DNA from: Octopus vulgaris | Taxonomy: Eukaryota | DNA: 64,000 nucleotides | Assembly (NCBI GenBank): GCA_951406725.2 | Contig: OX597829.1 | Span: forward strand, 57,474,001 to 57,538,000 | Direction: 5' to 3' | Shown here: in pieces, positions 29,529-43,977 of the stretch | Layout: each line of letters opens with the position of its first letter | Position numbering within the stretch: position 1 is the stretch's first letter | Notes under the pieces: model-generated | Databases searched by the model: none | What the model was told of the DNA's origin: nothing | Seen by the model: the letters and a program-made list of their open reading frames with translations, nothing else | Made by a program: the position numbers and the translations under genes

Positions 29529-29957
29529 TAGTAAGACAGATAAACACACTCTTAAGACATATATTTACATGCAGCACAAAATACAGCTGGCGTAATATAG
29601 AAAAATAAAAGAATTATGTAAAGTCTTATCTTGACAGCTGTTTCAAGATGGCCATAACTTACGTAATAACTATATTCATAAATAATACGTGCATGTTGTC
29701 ATAAGTGTGCATTCTGCGACAAATTCTGATGAAATCATTAAACCAAGTTAAACATCAGAATTTGTCGCAGAACGCACACCTGTGACATCATGAAAGTATT
29801 ATTTATGGATAGAGTTATTACGTAAGTTACGGCCATCTTGAAACAGCAGTCGCGATAATACATTACATAAATCTTCCATTTTGCTTTTCTTCAGTTTGTC
29901 ATCTGTATTTGGTGCTATATTAAACATGTCTCAAGCCTTTGTTTATCTGTCTTACTA
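29529..29957. repeat. Long imperfect inverted repeat (fold-back) with hammerhead 3'-half motifs
   Basis: Arms tagtaagacagataaaca / tgtttatctgtcttacta. Perfect 20-bp inner stem 29712-29731 / 29753-29772. GAAACAGCUGUC on minus at 29633-29644 and GAAACAGCAGUC on plus at 29840-29851. Confidence 0.9.
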
Positions 29958-29971
29958 TATCTATATGTGCA

Positions 29972-30022
<51 letters not shown>

Positions 30023-30100
30023 TATTATAATAATAATATTAGGGAGTAAATCCAAACTTACAGGGAAAAATTAGATTTAGGACTAAATCCAATTTTATAG

Positions 30101-30344
30101 TATAAATATATATTATATTAAATTAGAGATAAAACCACTATTAAGCAAATCAAACAGTGAAAATCGTAAGCCAATACATAGAAATAAAATTAATTAAAAA
30201 AATATAAAATATAAATATAAAAAATATTAAATATAAATTTCCAAATTAAAATATTTAAATTAAAGTTAAAATTTTAAAAATTATTTAAATAATTTAAACT
30301 TATAAATTTTAAACAAATATATATATATATTTTTTTCTTTTTAT

Positions 30345-30440
<96 letters not shown>

Positions 30441-30654
30441 TATATAATAAATAATATATATTTTTTATAAGTTTAAATTATTTAAATAATTTTCTAATTT
30501 TAACTTTAATTTAAATATTTTAATTTGGAAATTTATATTTAATATTTTTTATTTTTATATTTTTTTAATTAATTTTTTTCTATGTATTGGTTTATGATTT
30601 TCACTGTTTGGTTTGCCTAATAGTGGTTTTATCTCTAATTTAATATAATATATA

Positions 30655-30662
<8 letters not shown>
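30101..30662. repeat. About 200-bp inverted repeat flanking an (AAT)n tract
   Basis: attaaattagagataaaaccactatta...aaacttataaa versus tttataagttt...taatagtggttttatctctaatttaat. Confidence 0.9.
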
Positions 30663-30730
<68 letters not shown>

Positions 30731-31953
30731 TACATAAACTTTTATGCGTGTGTATATATATTAAAATGTATGTACATGCGTACATACATACATATGTGTG
30801 CGTGTATGTGTACGATAAACTTCTTTCGGTTTCAGTCTACCAAATCTGCACAGAAAGCTTTGGGCGACCCGGGGCTATAGTAGAAAGCATTTGTCCAATG
30901 TGCTGCACATTGGGATTGAACCAAAGCTAACATGGTTTGGAAGCAAGCTTCTTACCACACAGTCACGCTTACGCCCGATTTATATATTTTATCTGTTTAC
31001 TTATTTTCTTATTGATGTCGTTGTCATATCGTGTTCTGCTGTTTTGTTTTCTCTGTTTTCCTTCAGTATTTCTGCTTCGTTTTGTTTATTCGTTTTTCTT
31101 TGCTGTTGTTATGTTTTTTTTTTCTTTTATCTGTCAGTCTTATTTTGTTTTCGTGTTTTCTCTTATTATTATTGTTTTCTATTCAAGGACATTTTCCAGT
31201 TGTGTTGAGATAATGTTCGACGCCACGCTGATTGCCATGCTATTGCGCTGCAACCAGAAACTTATGACGAACAACATGGCCAATTCGTTAATGAAGGTGA
31301 ATATATGATAGTAGCTTCTTCGTGTCCGAAGACCTCGAAGAAGAGCAGCATGTCCCCGAGTGGCTTTGTAGACCGATTCTTGATTCTACAGAGCTTTTCT
31401 CGCTACCTGCACTAATTGTTTTAAAGTGAGAGCCAGATCCTACAATTCTTAGGCACAGATGTTTGACTACAATAGTTCAGCGGGCCAAGACTGCTGTGAA
31501 GACCATCACTCTGTAGGTTTTAAATTAGACAGGCCTTCTCCAAAGCGAATTGGCTTCCAGGGTGATAGCTCCACCTACCCAGGAGCTGACTCTAGTCCTT
31601 GATTTACCGTCGTGGTTAACTCCCTGTACTCTTTCCCATGCCAGGGGTTTCTTCTATAAGATGCTAATTGACCAATAGCTAGGACACTGGCAAGTCTTAC
31701 GACACCAGATCAAGTTAGAGCTGGGAACAATACACACATTTCTGCATGCGCACAAACACGCACACGTGATCCTTTAAAAGGAATAATTTTGACAATAGCT
31801 TCATTGCAGCAAAAAAGGATAAGTTGGTCGAAACTTCGAAGTTACAATCAACGTTATTCTTATTAAAGAATAATAAAATATATCCTATAAGAAGTTTTGA
31901 GCAATCCTTCAAGTTTGTACAAAATTGTTTTTATTACAATCTCGACATAAAAG

Positions 31954-32014
<61 letters not shown>

Positions 32015-32250
32015 TAATTACACACATGAATGCATGCATATATACATGTACAAATGAGTACATACACAGACACACTCGCGCATGCACAAACATGTATGTA
32101 TTTAGGTAAGTAGTTACGAGGCATATTAGTAGGCAGGTAAACATTCAGACAAACAGACGCTATATGTGTATGCGTATGTGTGTGCAGACACATACAAATA
32201 TGTATGAGCATATACATATGTGTGTGTGTGTGTGTATGAATGTATGTTTG

Positions 32251-32317
<67 letters not shown>

Positions 32318-32699
32318 TTATATATGTAGACATATACATATATATATGAGAATACATATAAATAATAAATGTACATGAATATATGTATATATGTATATGT
32401 ATATATATGTATACACACACACACACATATTACTATTTGTTTTTATGTTCACTTATAATAAAAACAATTTTATGTTAATCTGATGGGTTACTCTATACTT
32501 TTGTAGAGTACAACTTTGTTATTATTGTTATACTTCGGGGTGGTCGTATTTTGCTAATTAAACAAACGCATAATTTATTTGATCTTCGCTTCAGCTCTAT
32601 CATTATTATTTTGGTTTGTTTGTCTAAGCTCTTTCGTCGCACATTCTCTGACCCCTCTAACAATTCTTTATCCCACGTCTCTCTTCTTGTTCTATTTAT

Positions 32700-33320
32700 T
32701 CCATTTTTCATGGAGTCGCTGAAGAGGTCACGGGATGTGTGAAGAAAGATTTCAGACAGGACACGCGCATTGGCTTGGTCTCCAGATCCGTGAGCCTCAT
32801 GAATGCCGCTGCAGGTCCACTGTGGATACTTTCGCCATCCACTCACTGTCATGCCGTTATAGTGCTGGTCGCCTTCCACACCATGTCGCTCTACACGATG
32901 CAGGCTTCTCTTCCCAGCTTAAACCAGCCGGGCTAGATTGAGGTAACGGTAAAGGGCAGGATGGTATGTCAATTTTCCCGTTCCGTGGCAGTAGGCCCCT
33001 TATCTATGATATCACATGCTATAACACCTTCTCCAGCAGTAACTTGGTGCGGTCAGCTACCAGCCCAACCCTGGCTTCTGCTGCTCGTCAGGCTGAGAAA
33101 AGCAAACTGTGAAAGGCATCGGTCGCTCTATCGTCGAGCCTGTAGTAGTGGAAACCACCAGCGTTCTCGAACCCAGGATCATATCCCTTCGTACCGCTAT
33201 CGGGGCGGAGATTGTTGTCCCCGTGAGTCAGAGTGGCTGTTCCAGCACGTCTCTCTTACCATTCTCCGAAGTAAGGCTTTTTCCATTTTGTCTACTGGGG
33301 TCATGAGAAATACTTCTTAA
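32700..33320 (+). mobile_element. CRE-like RLE non-LTR retrotransposon C-terminal fragment
   Basis: EPHECRC..IHSLSC..AGRLPHH, GKGQDGMSIFPF..LIYDITCYNTF, VEPVVVET, WLFQHVSLTILR. Confidence 0.7.
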
Positions 33321-33875
33321 TAACGATATATATAGCTCACACATATTAACACATGAACGCCCCCACAACACATTACGTCTTCAAATCTTATGAGGTAAAA
33401 ACCAAATTTCTTTCTTAACGAAGGTATTTGATGATGACGGCTTCAGTGAAATTACATCTATACCGGTATTTAAACCTGAATGTTGACGTCAGCAGGCATT
33501 AGCTTCAGCGAAGACTAAATATATAGTGCGTGTTTAATTGATAAATGATGCAATCCCGAAATATAATAACATCTGTTTCCACACACGATTTCACATCACG
33601 AATCTTGCTAAACGTAAATTTATTATTCTTAAATAAGACTGTTGACAGTGACTTCGAAGTTTCTAATGAACCGCAGTCCAGCAATGGCTCAACTGGTCGA
33701 AACTTTGAAGTCATTGTCAATAAAATTTGTGTATAAGAATACACACACAGACTGACGATCGAAAGCTCCGAATCACCCATCCTTGTTTTTTTCCTATCCT
33801 TTTTTTTGTATCGTTTAACTGTCCGGATGTTTTGCTGTTGCCTGTTATGTTCTTGTTCCAGTTTTTTTTTGTTTG

Positions 33876-33951
<76 letters not shown>

Positions 33952-34004
33952 AAAACAAAAAAATGGAACAAGAACATAACATATATATACACACACACAC
34001 ACAT

Positions 34005-34315
34005 CAGGAACACTCCGTTAGTTGCGACGACGGGGGTCCCAGCTGATACAATCAACGGAACAGCTTGTTCGTGAAATTAACGTGCAAGTGACTGAGCAAT
34101 CCACAGACACGTGTACCCCTAACATAGTTCTCGGGGAGATTCAGCGTGACACAGTGTGTGACAAAGCTAGTCATTTTGAAATATAGATACAACTCATTTT
34201 TGCCAGCAGAGTGGACTGGAGCAACGTGAAATAAAGTGTCTGGCTCAAGGACACAACATGTCGGTGGGAATTGAACTCACGACCTTACAATCATGAGTCG
34301 AATGCCCTAACCATT
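34005..34315 (-). mobile_element. tRNA-derived SINE (modular chimera)
   Basis: 3' half matches 1310-1490; head and core match 36950 and 41685. Confidence 0.8.
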
Positions 34316-34423
34316 ATACATACACACATGCATATATACATACATATATACATACATATATATATACATATATATATATATATACATACATATATATATA
34401 TACATACATACATATATATGTAC

Positions 34424-34489
<66 letters not shown>

Positions 34490-34522
34490 ATATACATACG
34501 TATACATACATACATACATACA

Positions 34523-34596
<74 letters not shown>

Positions 34597-34677
34597 AGGT
34601 GGTGCTATTAAGTTAGACATGGCCTGGGCCAATAATGGCCGAAACCTATCAAAGTATCAAAGTATATATATATATAT

Positions 34678-35355
34678 AAGTAATTTTAGAGACAGAACCA
34701 CCTTCAATTCAATCAACACTGAAAGGTTTTATACCCACCACTCCGTAATATGTTAAGAATTAAATCTTATACTAACTATATCTATTCTGAATCCCGTATC
34801 TTCCGTTTATAAAACTTCACGTGTTTCATGAAAGTGCGTCGGTATTAATTAGATACGAGGTATCTAGTTTCAATACTTAATCGGGTAAACATACTCCCAA
34901 TCTTCAGGTCTGGATTCCTCAACATTTTTCTGTACCCATAACTCTTATATACTTCCATGATACTCTATTTCTTTTTATTCCTTAAATTTTTACTCCTCAA
35001 ATTTTTAATATTCAGTTATTATTTTTATTTATTACTTGTATTTCTATTCATTTGTACATGTTAAGTAAGATTATATTGAAGATATAGAGTTAGGGGTAGT
35101 GAAAAAGGTTGAGGAATCCAGACCTGAAGATTGGGAGTATGTCGACCCGAGTAAGTATTTAAACTAGATACTTCGTATCTAATTAACTTCCGACGTACTA
35201 TCATGAAACACGTGTAGTCTTATAAACGGAAAATACGGGATTCAGAATAGATATAGTTAGTATAATATTTAATTTTTAACATTTTATGGAGTGGTTGGGT
35301 ATAAAAGCTTTCAGTGTTGATTGAGTTGAAGGTGGTTCTGCCTCTAAAATTACTT
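34678..35355. repeat. About 270-bp-arm fold-back carrying two opposed hammerhead copies
   Basis: aagtaattttagag...ggattcctcaac versus gttgaggaatcc...ctctaaaattactt, with an AT-rich spacer. Confidence 0.9.
35120..35220 (+). ncRNA. Type I hammerhead ribozyme with extended stem II
   Basis: AGAC-CUGAAGA-(74 nt including agtatgtcg/cgacgtact and tagatac/gtatcta helices)-GAAAC-ACGU-GUA-GUCU. The base of stem II is imperfect. The inverted copy at 34812-34911 has GUA changed to GAA. Confidence 0.7.
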
Positions 35356-35445
35356 TTATATATACGAATGAAACATTGAGAGATGTTCATTTTAGTACAT
35401 CTAATTTGAATGTCTTTTTCCTGTGTACTTTGAAGTAATATTCCC

Positions 35446-36743
<1,298 letters not shown>

Positions 36744-36892
36744 GTAATGATAATATATATATACATATAAGAGCGTAGGCTCGAAGCGTAAAAGACGTTC
36801 TCAGTTTACCGAGCGTTAAACTAATACACCTGCTTGTTGTTCATACACATGTCTTCGTCTTTTGCTTTGCTGTAAATTTCAAATATATATAT

Positions 36893-36930
<38 letters not shown>

Positions 36931-36949
36931 GTGTTTTTGTGGGGTATAT

Positions 36950-37095
36950 AGAGGACACATGGCTTAGTGGTTAGGGTGTTGGTCTCATAATCGTAAGATT
37001 GTGGTTTCAATTCTTGGATCGGGTGACGTGTTGTGTTCTTATGCAAAACACTTCACTTCACGTTGCTACAGTCTACTTAACCGGCAAAAATGACT
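36950..37095 (+). mobile_element. tRNA-derived SINE 5' fragment
   Basis: A box TGGCTTAGTGG and B-box-like GGTTTCAATTC. Confidence 0.7.
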
Positions 37096-37324
37096 ATACA
37101 CACATACATATGTATATGTATGTGTGTGTGTGGGAGCCATTGTGCTTGCGATTGGTCCTCTCCTAACAATCGGTGTCGGTCTCGTAGCTTAGCGGTTCAG
37201 CAGAGGGACCGATATAGAATGAATACCGGGTTTTAAAAAATTAATTAGGTCGATTTCTTCGACTGAAACCTTCAAGGCGGTGCCCCAGTATGGTCGCAGT
37301 CTAATGACTGAAACAAGTTGTATA

Positions 37325-38578
37325 CGAGGGGTGGATGAAAAGCCTTGAGCCGCAAAACAACAAAACATGGGACAAAACTTCTGATTATATATTTTTCCAC
37401 ATAGTCCCCTTTGATGGTTGAACACTTTCCCTAGCGGTGCTGAAGCGCCATTATCCTGGCGCAGAGGAACTCTTTTGTTTGAGACTCCAAGAAACTTCCT
37501 ACAGCGTCTATGACGTCATTGTCACTGGCAAAATGGCGACCAGGGGCTTTTTTCATTTTTGGGAATAGATGAAAGTCAGAGGAGGCTAAGTCTGGCGAAT
37601 AAGGCGGATGGGGAACAAGTTCATATCCTCAATAACGAATTGTTGCCATGGCAACCACTGAGGTGTGGGCTGGAGCATTGTCGTGATGAAAAAGGACTCC
37701 TCTGGTGAGCATTCCCTGCCTTTATTCTTTGATTGCTTCCCGGAGGCGTTTCAGTAGATGAGAATGATACAGCCCTGTCACGGTGTGATCCTTTTCAAGA
37801 TAATCGATCAGTAAGACACCTTGAGAATCAAAAAAAAAAAAAAGTCGGACGCCAGGACCTTGCCAGCTGAAGGAATGACCCCGGCCTTCTTTGGGGTAGG
37901 AGAAGATGTGTACTTCCACTGCTTTGATTGTTCTTTGGTTTCAGGCTGGTAGTGATGAACTCAACTTTCATCCATAGTAATGAAACGAGCAAGGAAATTC
38001 TCTTCATCGGCTTCAAACAGTTTCAGATTGCTCGGGGACAAAGTGCACTTGGTGCGTTTCCGATCAGGAGTAAAAAGGCGAAGGACTCACCTTGCAGAAA
38101 CCTTTGAGAACCCAAGTTCTTTTGTCACAATGTTGTCTGCTCTTTCAGTTGAGATGCCCAGTCTCTCGGCAATCTAACTACATGTTTTTCGACGATCTTG
38201 CATTATCATACCAAGATCAAGGTCAATATTGTCCTCGGTGGTTGCAGTTGGAGGTATCCCTGGTCTGGGATCATCTTCCACAGTCTCCCTGCCACGCTGG
38301 AATTCATTTACCTAGCGTTTGACAGTTGCATACGAAGGAGCAGATGCCTTTCAAATGAAGGTACTTCATGACAGCACGATACTCAATTCTCCCCATTTTC
38401 CTCGTAACCTTGACACTTGTTTATTAAAAAAAATTGTAACAAAGCAAAATTAAAATATCAGAATCATGAAAATGAGCAAGAATACCCCGAAAAGACTCTA
38501 CTTATCAGAAAAAAATCGTTTCAGCTCCCTAACAAACCCGTTTCTAGGTTGGGCTCAAAATGTTTCGTGCACCCCTCG
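37325..38578 (-). mobile_element. Full-length decayed mariner (irritans-like)
   Basis: TIRs cgaggggtggatgaaaagccttgagcc / ggctcaaaatgtttcgtgcacccctcg; TA on the left. Remnants MGRIEYRAVMKYL, HHDNAP, PHPPYSPDLASSDFHLF. Confidence 0.9.
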
Positions 38579-38724
38579 AGTATATGTGTATGTGCGTGTA
38601 AGTGGATGTGATTGTACATGGAGAGAGAAAAGGGGAGGGAGAGAGAGAAGTAAACTGAGGGAGCAACAGTGAAATAGTGACAGAGAAGCAATAGTTAGAG
38701 AGACTGAGAGAGAGAGAGAGAGAG

Positions 38725-39010
38725 AGAGATAGAACGAAAGATATATTGAGATAGAGAGAGACGTGGGGAAGAGGAAAGGGCAACGTTCGGTGGTATGTAG
38801 CAGTAGAATTGGTAAAGGATATCAGGACGTTTCAGTGTTTTATATGAGACAACCAGTCTGATAAAGTTCTATCTGGTTTCTACAAGTATATAATACAGAC
38901 ATACACACACCCACACACTCACCCATTAAGGGGCGGAGCTAAACTGCAGCAACTGTATCGGGTCTGTTGCTACCTACCTACAAACGCATGAGCGCGCACG
39001 CGCACGCGCG
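38725..39010 (+). repeat. About 285-bp segment directly duplicated at 42255-42536
   Basis: Near-identical sequence by visual alignment. Confidence 0.9.
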
Positions 39011-39074
39011 CATACACAGTCACACACATATTCAGTACACGTGTGTGTGCGCGTGTGTATGTGTCTATGTGATA

Positions 39075-40342
39075 TTGGGTTGGCAACTAAGTTCCCGCCG
39101 TTTTTTTTTTAATTATGGAATCAATTTTTTTTTCGAGAATTCTATTTTTGAATCATTTTGGAATTTACTTTGCTTTTTCCTAGTTAATTTTAGTTAATTT
39201 TAGTTAATTTTAGTTAATTTTAGTTAACTTTTGTTTATTTTCAGATTATTAAAATGGAATGTCAAGTTAAGAAAAACGAGCATTTTCGACACCTTCTTTT
39301 TGCTTTTAATCAAGGGTCTAAGGCTGCAAAAGCTGCTTGCGACATTTGTGCTGTGTATGGAGAGGGTACCATAGCTGAAGGAAACACTCGTGATTGGTAT
39401 GCCAAGTTCAAATATGGAAATTTTGACTTCAAAGATGCACCTTGTTCTGGTCGTCCAGTTGAGTTTGATGAAGAGCGATTAAACCAACCTTTGCACAAAA
39501 AATTCTTGTCAAATGACAAGAGAACTGGCAGACAAAATGGAATGCTCCCACACTGCTGTAGAGAAGCATTTTCACTTGATGGAAAGGCTCAGAAGTATGG
39601 AGCATGGGTTCTGCATGCTTTAACTGACAACAAAAATCAACGAGCCACAATCTCCGCTGGTTTGCTGGCTCATCACCACTCAACTCATGGACACAAGTGA
39701 TTTCTTTACTGAATCGTTACTGGCGACGAAAAATGGTGCCTGTACATCAATATGAAGCAGTGTAAGGAATGGCTTTGCCCCGGTAAACAAGCGACACCGC
39801 GCGTGAAACAAGATCTTTATCCGTGTAAAATGATGTTGTGCATATGGTGGGACTGGGAAGGGATTATCCATTACGAACTGCTTGCACGGAACCAAGCGGT
39901 TAACGCGGAACTCTATGTTCAACAGATGAAACGACTCAACACGGCTATATCATGGAGTTCTTCTGCTGTACGACAACCCCCGACCTCATATCGCCAATAT
40001 GACCAAGGAAGCCATTGAAACGCATGGCTGGGAAGAGCTGCCACAACTGCCGTACTCTCCTGATTTGGCAGCTGATTTCCACCTCATTCGATCTCTTTCA
40101 AATGCTATATGCGTAGATTCGTTCAATATTGTTACAGAATTGAGAGCTTGGTTGGATCAATTTTTCGAGTCGAAATCGGGTGATTTCTACCAACGAGATA
40201 TTGAAAATCCCGTTGAACGTTGGGAAGAAGTTGTAAGCAACAAGGGTGAATACATTATTCATTAATTAGTTATTTTTTATTAAACCTTTTAAAAAATTTA
40301 AATTAAAAAAAAAAAACGGTGGGAACTTAGTTGCCAACCCAG
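39075..40342 (+). mobile_element. Full-length decayed mariner (mellifera-like)
   Basis: TIRs ttgggttggcaactaagttcccgccg / cggtgggaacttagttgccaacccag; TA TSD. MECQVKKNEHFRHLL, TGDEKW and PYSPDLA motifs; frameshifts. Internal (tagttaattt)n repeat. Confidence 0.92.
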
Positions 40343-40819
40343 TAGAGAGAGAGAGAGAGAATGTGTGTGTGTCCCCGAAGAAAAATAAGTAGGCCGAAAC
40401 TTTGAAATCACACACGAGGAGTATTTTTGCAAAAGCAAGAGCGATACGTACCTTACCCAAAGTATTTAATAATCCTTCATTTTAATGTAAAACTGTTTTT
40501 ATTGCAAATTCATAAACATTAATGTGTGTGTGTCTGTCTATATATATAATATATATAGTATGTATGTATTTATATATATATATGTGTGTATTCTTTTATT
40601 CTTTCATGCTTTTATTGGTTTCAGACATGAGGCTGCGGTCATGCTGGATCACCACCGTGTGCAAGAAAAATGGAATGCTTCACGAAATTGCGTGTCATAT
40701 ATACGTATATATACGTAGAGAGACAGAAAGAGAGAGGAAGAAGGAAAGAAAGAAATTGGGAGAGAGAAAGGGATTGAGAGAGAAAGATAGATAGATATAC
40801 ATATATACGTACATGTATG

Positions 40820-40850
<31 letters not shown>

Positions 40851-40930
40851 GCATGTATATATACATGTAGATGTAAGTATGTACATATATGTATGTATAT
40901 ATGCATATATTTTATTTATTTTATTATTTA

Positions 40931-41122
40931 CTAGCAGTATCGCCCGGCGTTGCTCGGGTTTGTTTCGACCCGCTGGAATTGGAATTTTTGAAAAGTAAAA
41001 GTTTTGCATTATGTACCTTGTTATTGTCTTCAAGTGAACATTTTTCTGGTTGAAATACACCGAAAAGTGGCGACACAGCAGTGAAAAAATCGTAAAAAAT
41101 TGGGATTTTCATAGAAAAAATG
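40931..41122 (-). mobile_element. Helitron 3'-terminal fragment
   Basis: Minus strand cccgagcaacgccggg hairpin followed by cgatactgCTAG|T. Confidence 0.7.
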
Positions 41123-41180
41123 GGGAGAGAGAAAGGGATTGAGAGAGAAAGATAGATAGATATACATATATACGTACATG

Positions 41181-41226
<46 letters not shown>

Positions 41227-41437
41227 TGTATATATACATGTAGATGTAAGTATGTACATATATATATGTATATATGCATATATTTTATTTATGTTATTAT
41301 TTATTATATTATTATATGACCGAACGCACGCGTTATTTCTCTATTTCTCTTCTCCAAGTAAGATTTTATATATACATATATATATATACACTCACACACA
41401 CACACACACACACACATACATATAGGTATAATATATG

Positions 41438-41490
<53 letters not shown>

Positions 41491-41632
41491 GCATATATAT
41501 GAATGTGTGTGTATATGCTTGTGTGTGGATAGATAGCTTGGTAGGCAGGTAAGCATTCAAATAGACAAACGCTATATGCCTATATTTATTTTTCTCTCCC
41601 TCCTTCTTTCTCTCTCTCTCTGTATATCTATA

Positions 41633-41667
<35 letters not shown>

Positions 41668-41684
41668 CTGTGTGTGTGTGTGTA

Positions 41685-41997
41685 TGTGAAGGCGCATGGC
41701 TCAGTGGTTAGGGCGTCGAACTTACGATCGTGAGGTTGTGAGTTCGAATCCCGTACCGGGCTGCGTGTTGTGTTCTTGAGCAAGACACTTCATTTCACTT
41801 TGCTCCAGTTCACTCAGCTGTAGAAATGAGTTGCGACGTCACAGGTGCCAAGCTGTATCGGCCCCTTTGCCTTTCCCTTGGATAACACTGGTGGCGTGGA
41901 GAGGGGAGACAGGTATGCATGGGCGACTACTGGTCTTCCATAAACAACCTTGCCCGGAGTTGTGCCTCGGAGGGTAACTTTCTAGGCGCAATCCCAT
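41685..41997 (+). mobile_element. tRNA-derived SINE
   Basis: A box TGGCTCAGTGG, B box GAGTTCGAATCCC. Confidence 0.9.
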
Positions 41998-43423
41998 ACA
42001 CACACATACTCACTCGCCCATAGATACATATGTATATGTATATGTTTTTGTGTCTCTGCTTGTGTTTGTCCCGTACCAAAGCTTGACAACTGGAGTTTAT
42101 GTACCGGACGAGTTGCGATGCGGAAAATGAGACAGATGAATAAGCAGCAGACTTAACGACAGACTAAACTAAAACACTTAAGTCTAATATCCGAAACAAG
42201 TGTGTGAGTGGGTGTGAGTGTGTAAAGACAGAGAAATCAGACAGGGTGGATCAAAGAGATAGAACGAAAGATATATTGAGATAGAGAGAGACGTGGAGAA
42301 GAGGAAAGGGCAACGTTCGGTGGTATGTAGCAGTAGAATTGGTAAAGGATATCAGGACGTTTCAGTGTTTTATATGAGACAACCAGTCTGATAAAGTTCT
42401 GGTTTCTACAAGTATATAATACAGACATACACACACCCACACACTCACCCATTAAGGGGCGGAGCTAAACTGCAGCAACTGTATCGGGTCTGTTGCTACC
42501 TACCTACAGACGCACGAGCGTGTACGCGCACGCGCATACCACCACACGTCACAAAATCTTTACTCTTTTACATGTTGCAGTGGTTAGACGGCAGCCATAA
42601 TGGAACACCACCTTGAAGGGTTTTAGACGATCCATTCGGCACTGCTACTCATTTATTTAAAGGCTGCTGTTTCGTTTTTTATCGGTCTCTTACGCTGAAG
42701 TTGCAGGGATGTAAACAAACCGACTCCACTTGTCAAGTAATGAGTAGTCAATGGAGGTGAATACGGCAGAAGCAACGTATTGTGGAGTGCAGGGAGCAAA
42801 ATGAGACGAGGCATATTGAAAATTTCGTGTGTGTGTAGGCTCTGAGAATTAATGATTTGAAGGACTAAAATGTAATTACGTTGCAAAACATTACAAAACG
42901 TTGAAAATGCATTTTTGTCACTAAAATATATTAACATCAAAATATGTGAAATTTTATAAAATATCTAAAATCTTTTGTAGCCAATCATACAATGAAAATA
43001 TGAAAAGGAAATTTCGCTTATGCAAGGACAAAATAGTCTTAGTTGAAATATTCCTAATTAAAATTCGATTAATTTGTAAACAAAATATTGTAAATATGGT
43101 TCTCAGCTCAGAAGGGTAAGTATATATATATCAAATACACAGAGAACGCTTCAACTATTTCAGAAGAAAGCTTATAAGATCCACAAAAGGCACAAAGACT
43201 TTAACTAAGCATCCTCTCGATTTTTCACTTTTCACCCCCAACAAAGATACTTCAAATCTAATAGAGACACTGAAGAGGCCTGCTGTTCTCGTCACCTTAT
43301 CCACCAACCAGAGTGATTTTGAGATTACCACCTTCTTATATGTTGTTAGGTCCTTCATGTATAATGTCAGAAAAGAGCTTCTATCTTGTGATGGAAGTGT
43401 GTCTTCCATGACCGGAAGAATCA

Positions 43424-43977
43424 AATGAAGTCCCTACACTAAATTCCCATCGTCTGAAGGTCATAAACAATGAGGGCCATGTCATGCCACTTCACTTTTT
43501 CCTGCCAGATTAATGCGACAGCTCACATCAAGAAAATGGAGTCGGTTACCCTGGATCGAGAGAGGTCATACGTGTCCCAGCAAGGACTCTACTCCCTATA
43601 CGGCTCAGGAGTGGATGGCCAAAGATTTCCATAGTCATGGCATCTCTAACATTTCGTCTCCTAGCTCTCCCGAAATAAACGCTCTGGACTACTTCGCCTG
43701 GGGCATCATAGAGAAGGAGACCAGCGAGCATGCCCACACTGTTAAGGACTCGTTGATGTTTGCTATTTGGACCAATATAAGTAAAGATCGCCCGATAAAC
43801 GCGTTTAGTCGTTTCAGAAGCGTTACCTGGACAGTAATCGAGGTTGACTCTGGTTTCATTAAATAAAAGTTTGCTATGTGTATGTAAGAATATGTGTATC
43901 GCATTCTATAAAGATGTTTTTCTATACATACTAAATTTTTCATGGCGATGTCAAGCATCTTGGTCCATCATTCATCG
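43424..43977 (+). mobile_element. Copy of the Tc1/mariner-like fragment at 20154-20708 (inverted)
   Basis: ORF translations at 43513 and 20265 differ at only 3 residues. Confidence 0.85.

Noticed and set aside
36770-36795. gagcgtaggctcgaagcgta hammerhead remnant (similar remnants at about 34627-34650, 11300-11320 and 61925-61945)
   Set aside because: The CUGANGA half is missing or the core is mutated. These are at most decayed halves, so they are not called as ribozymes.
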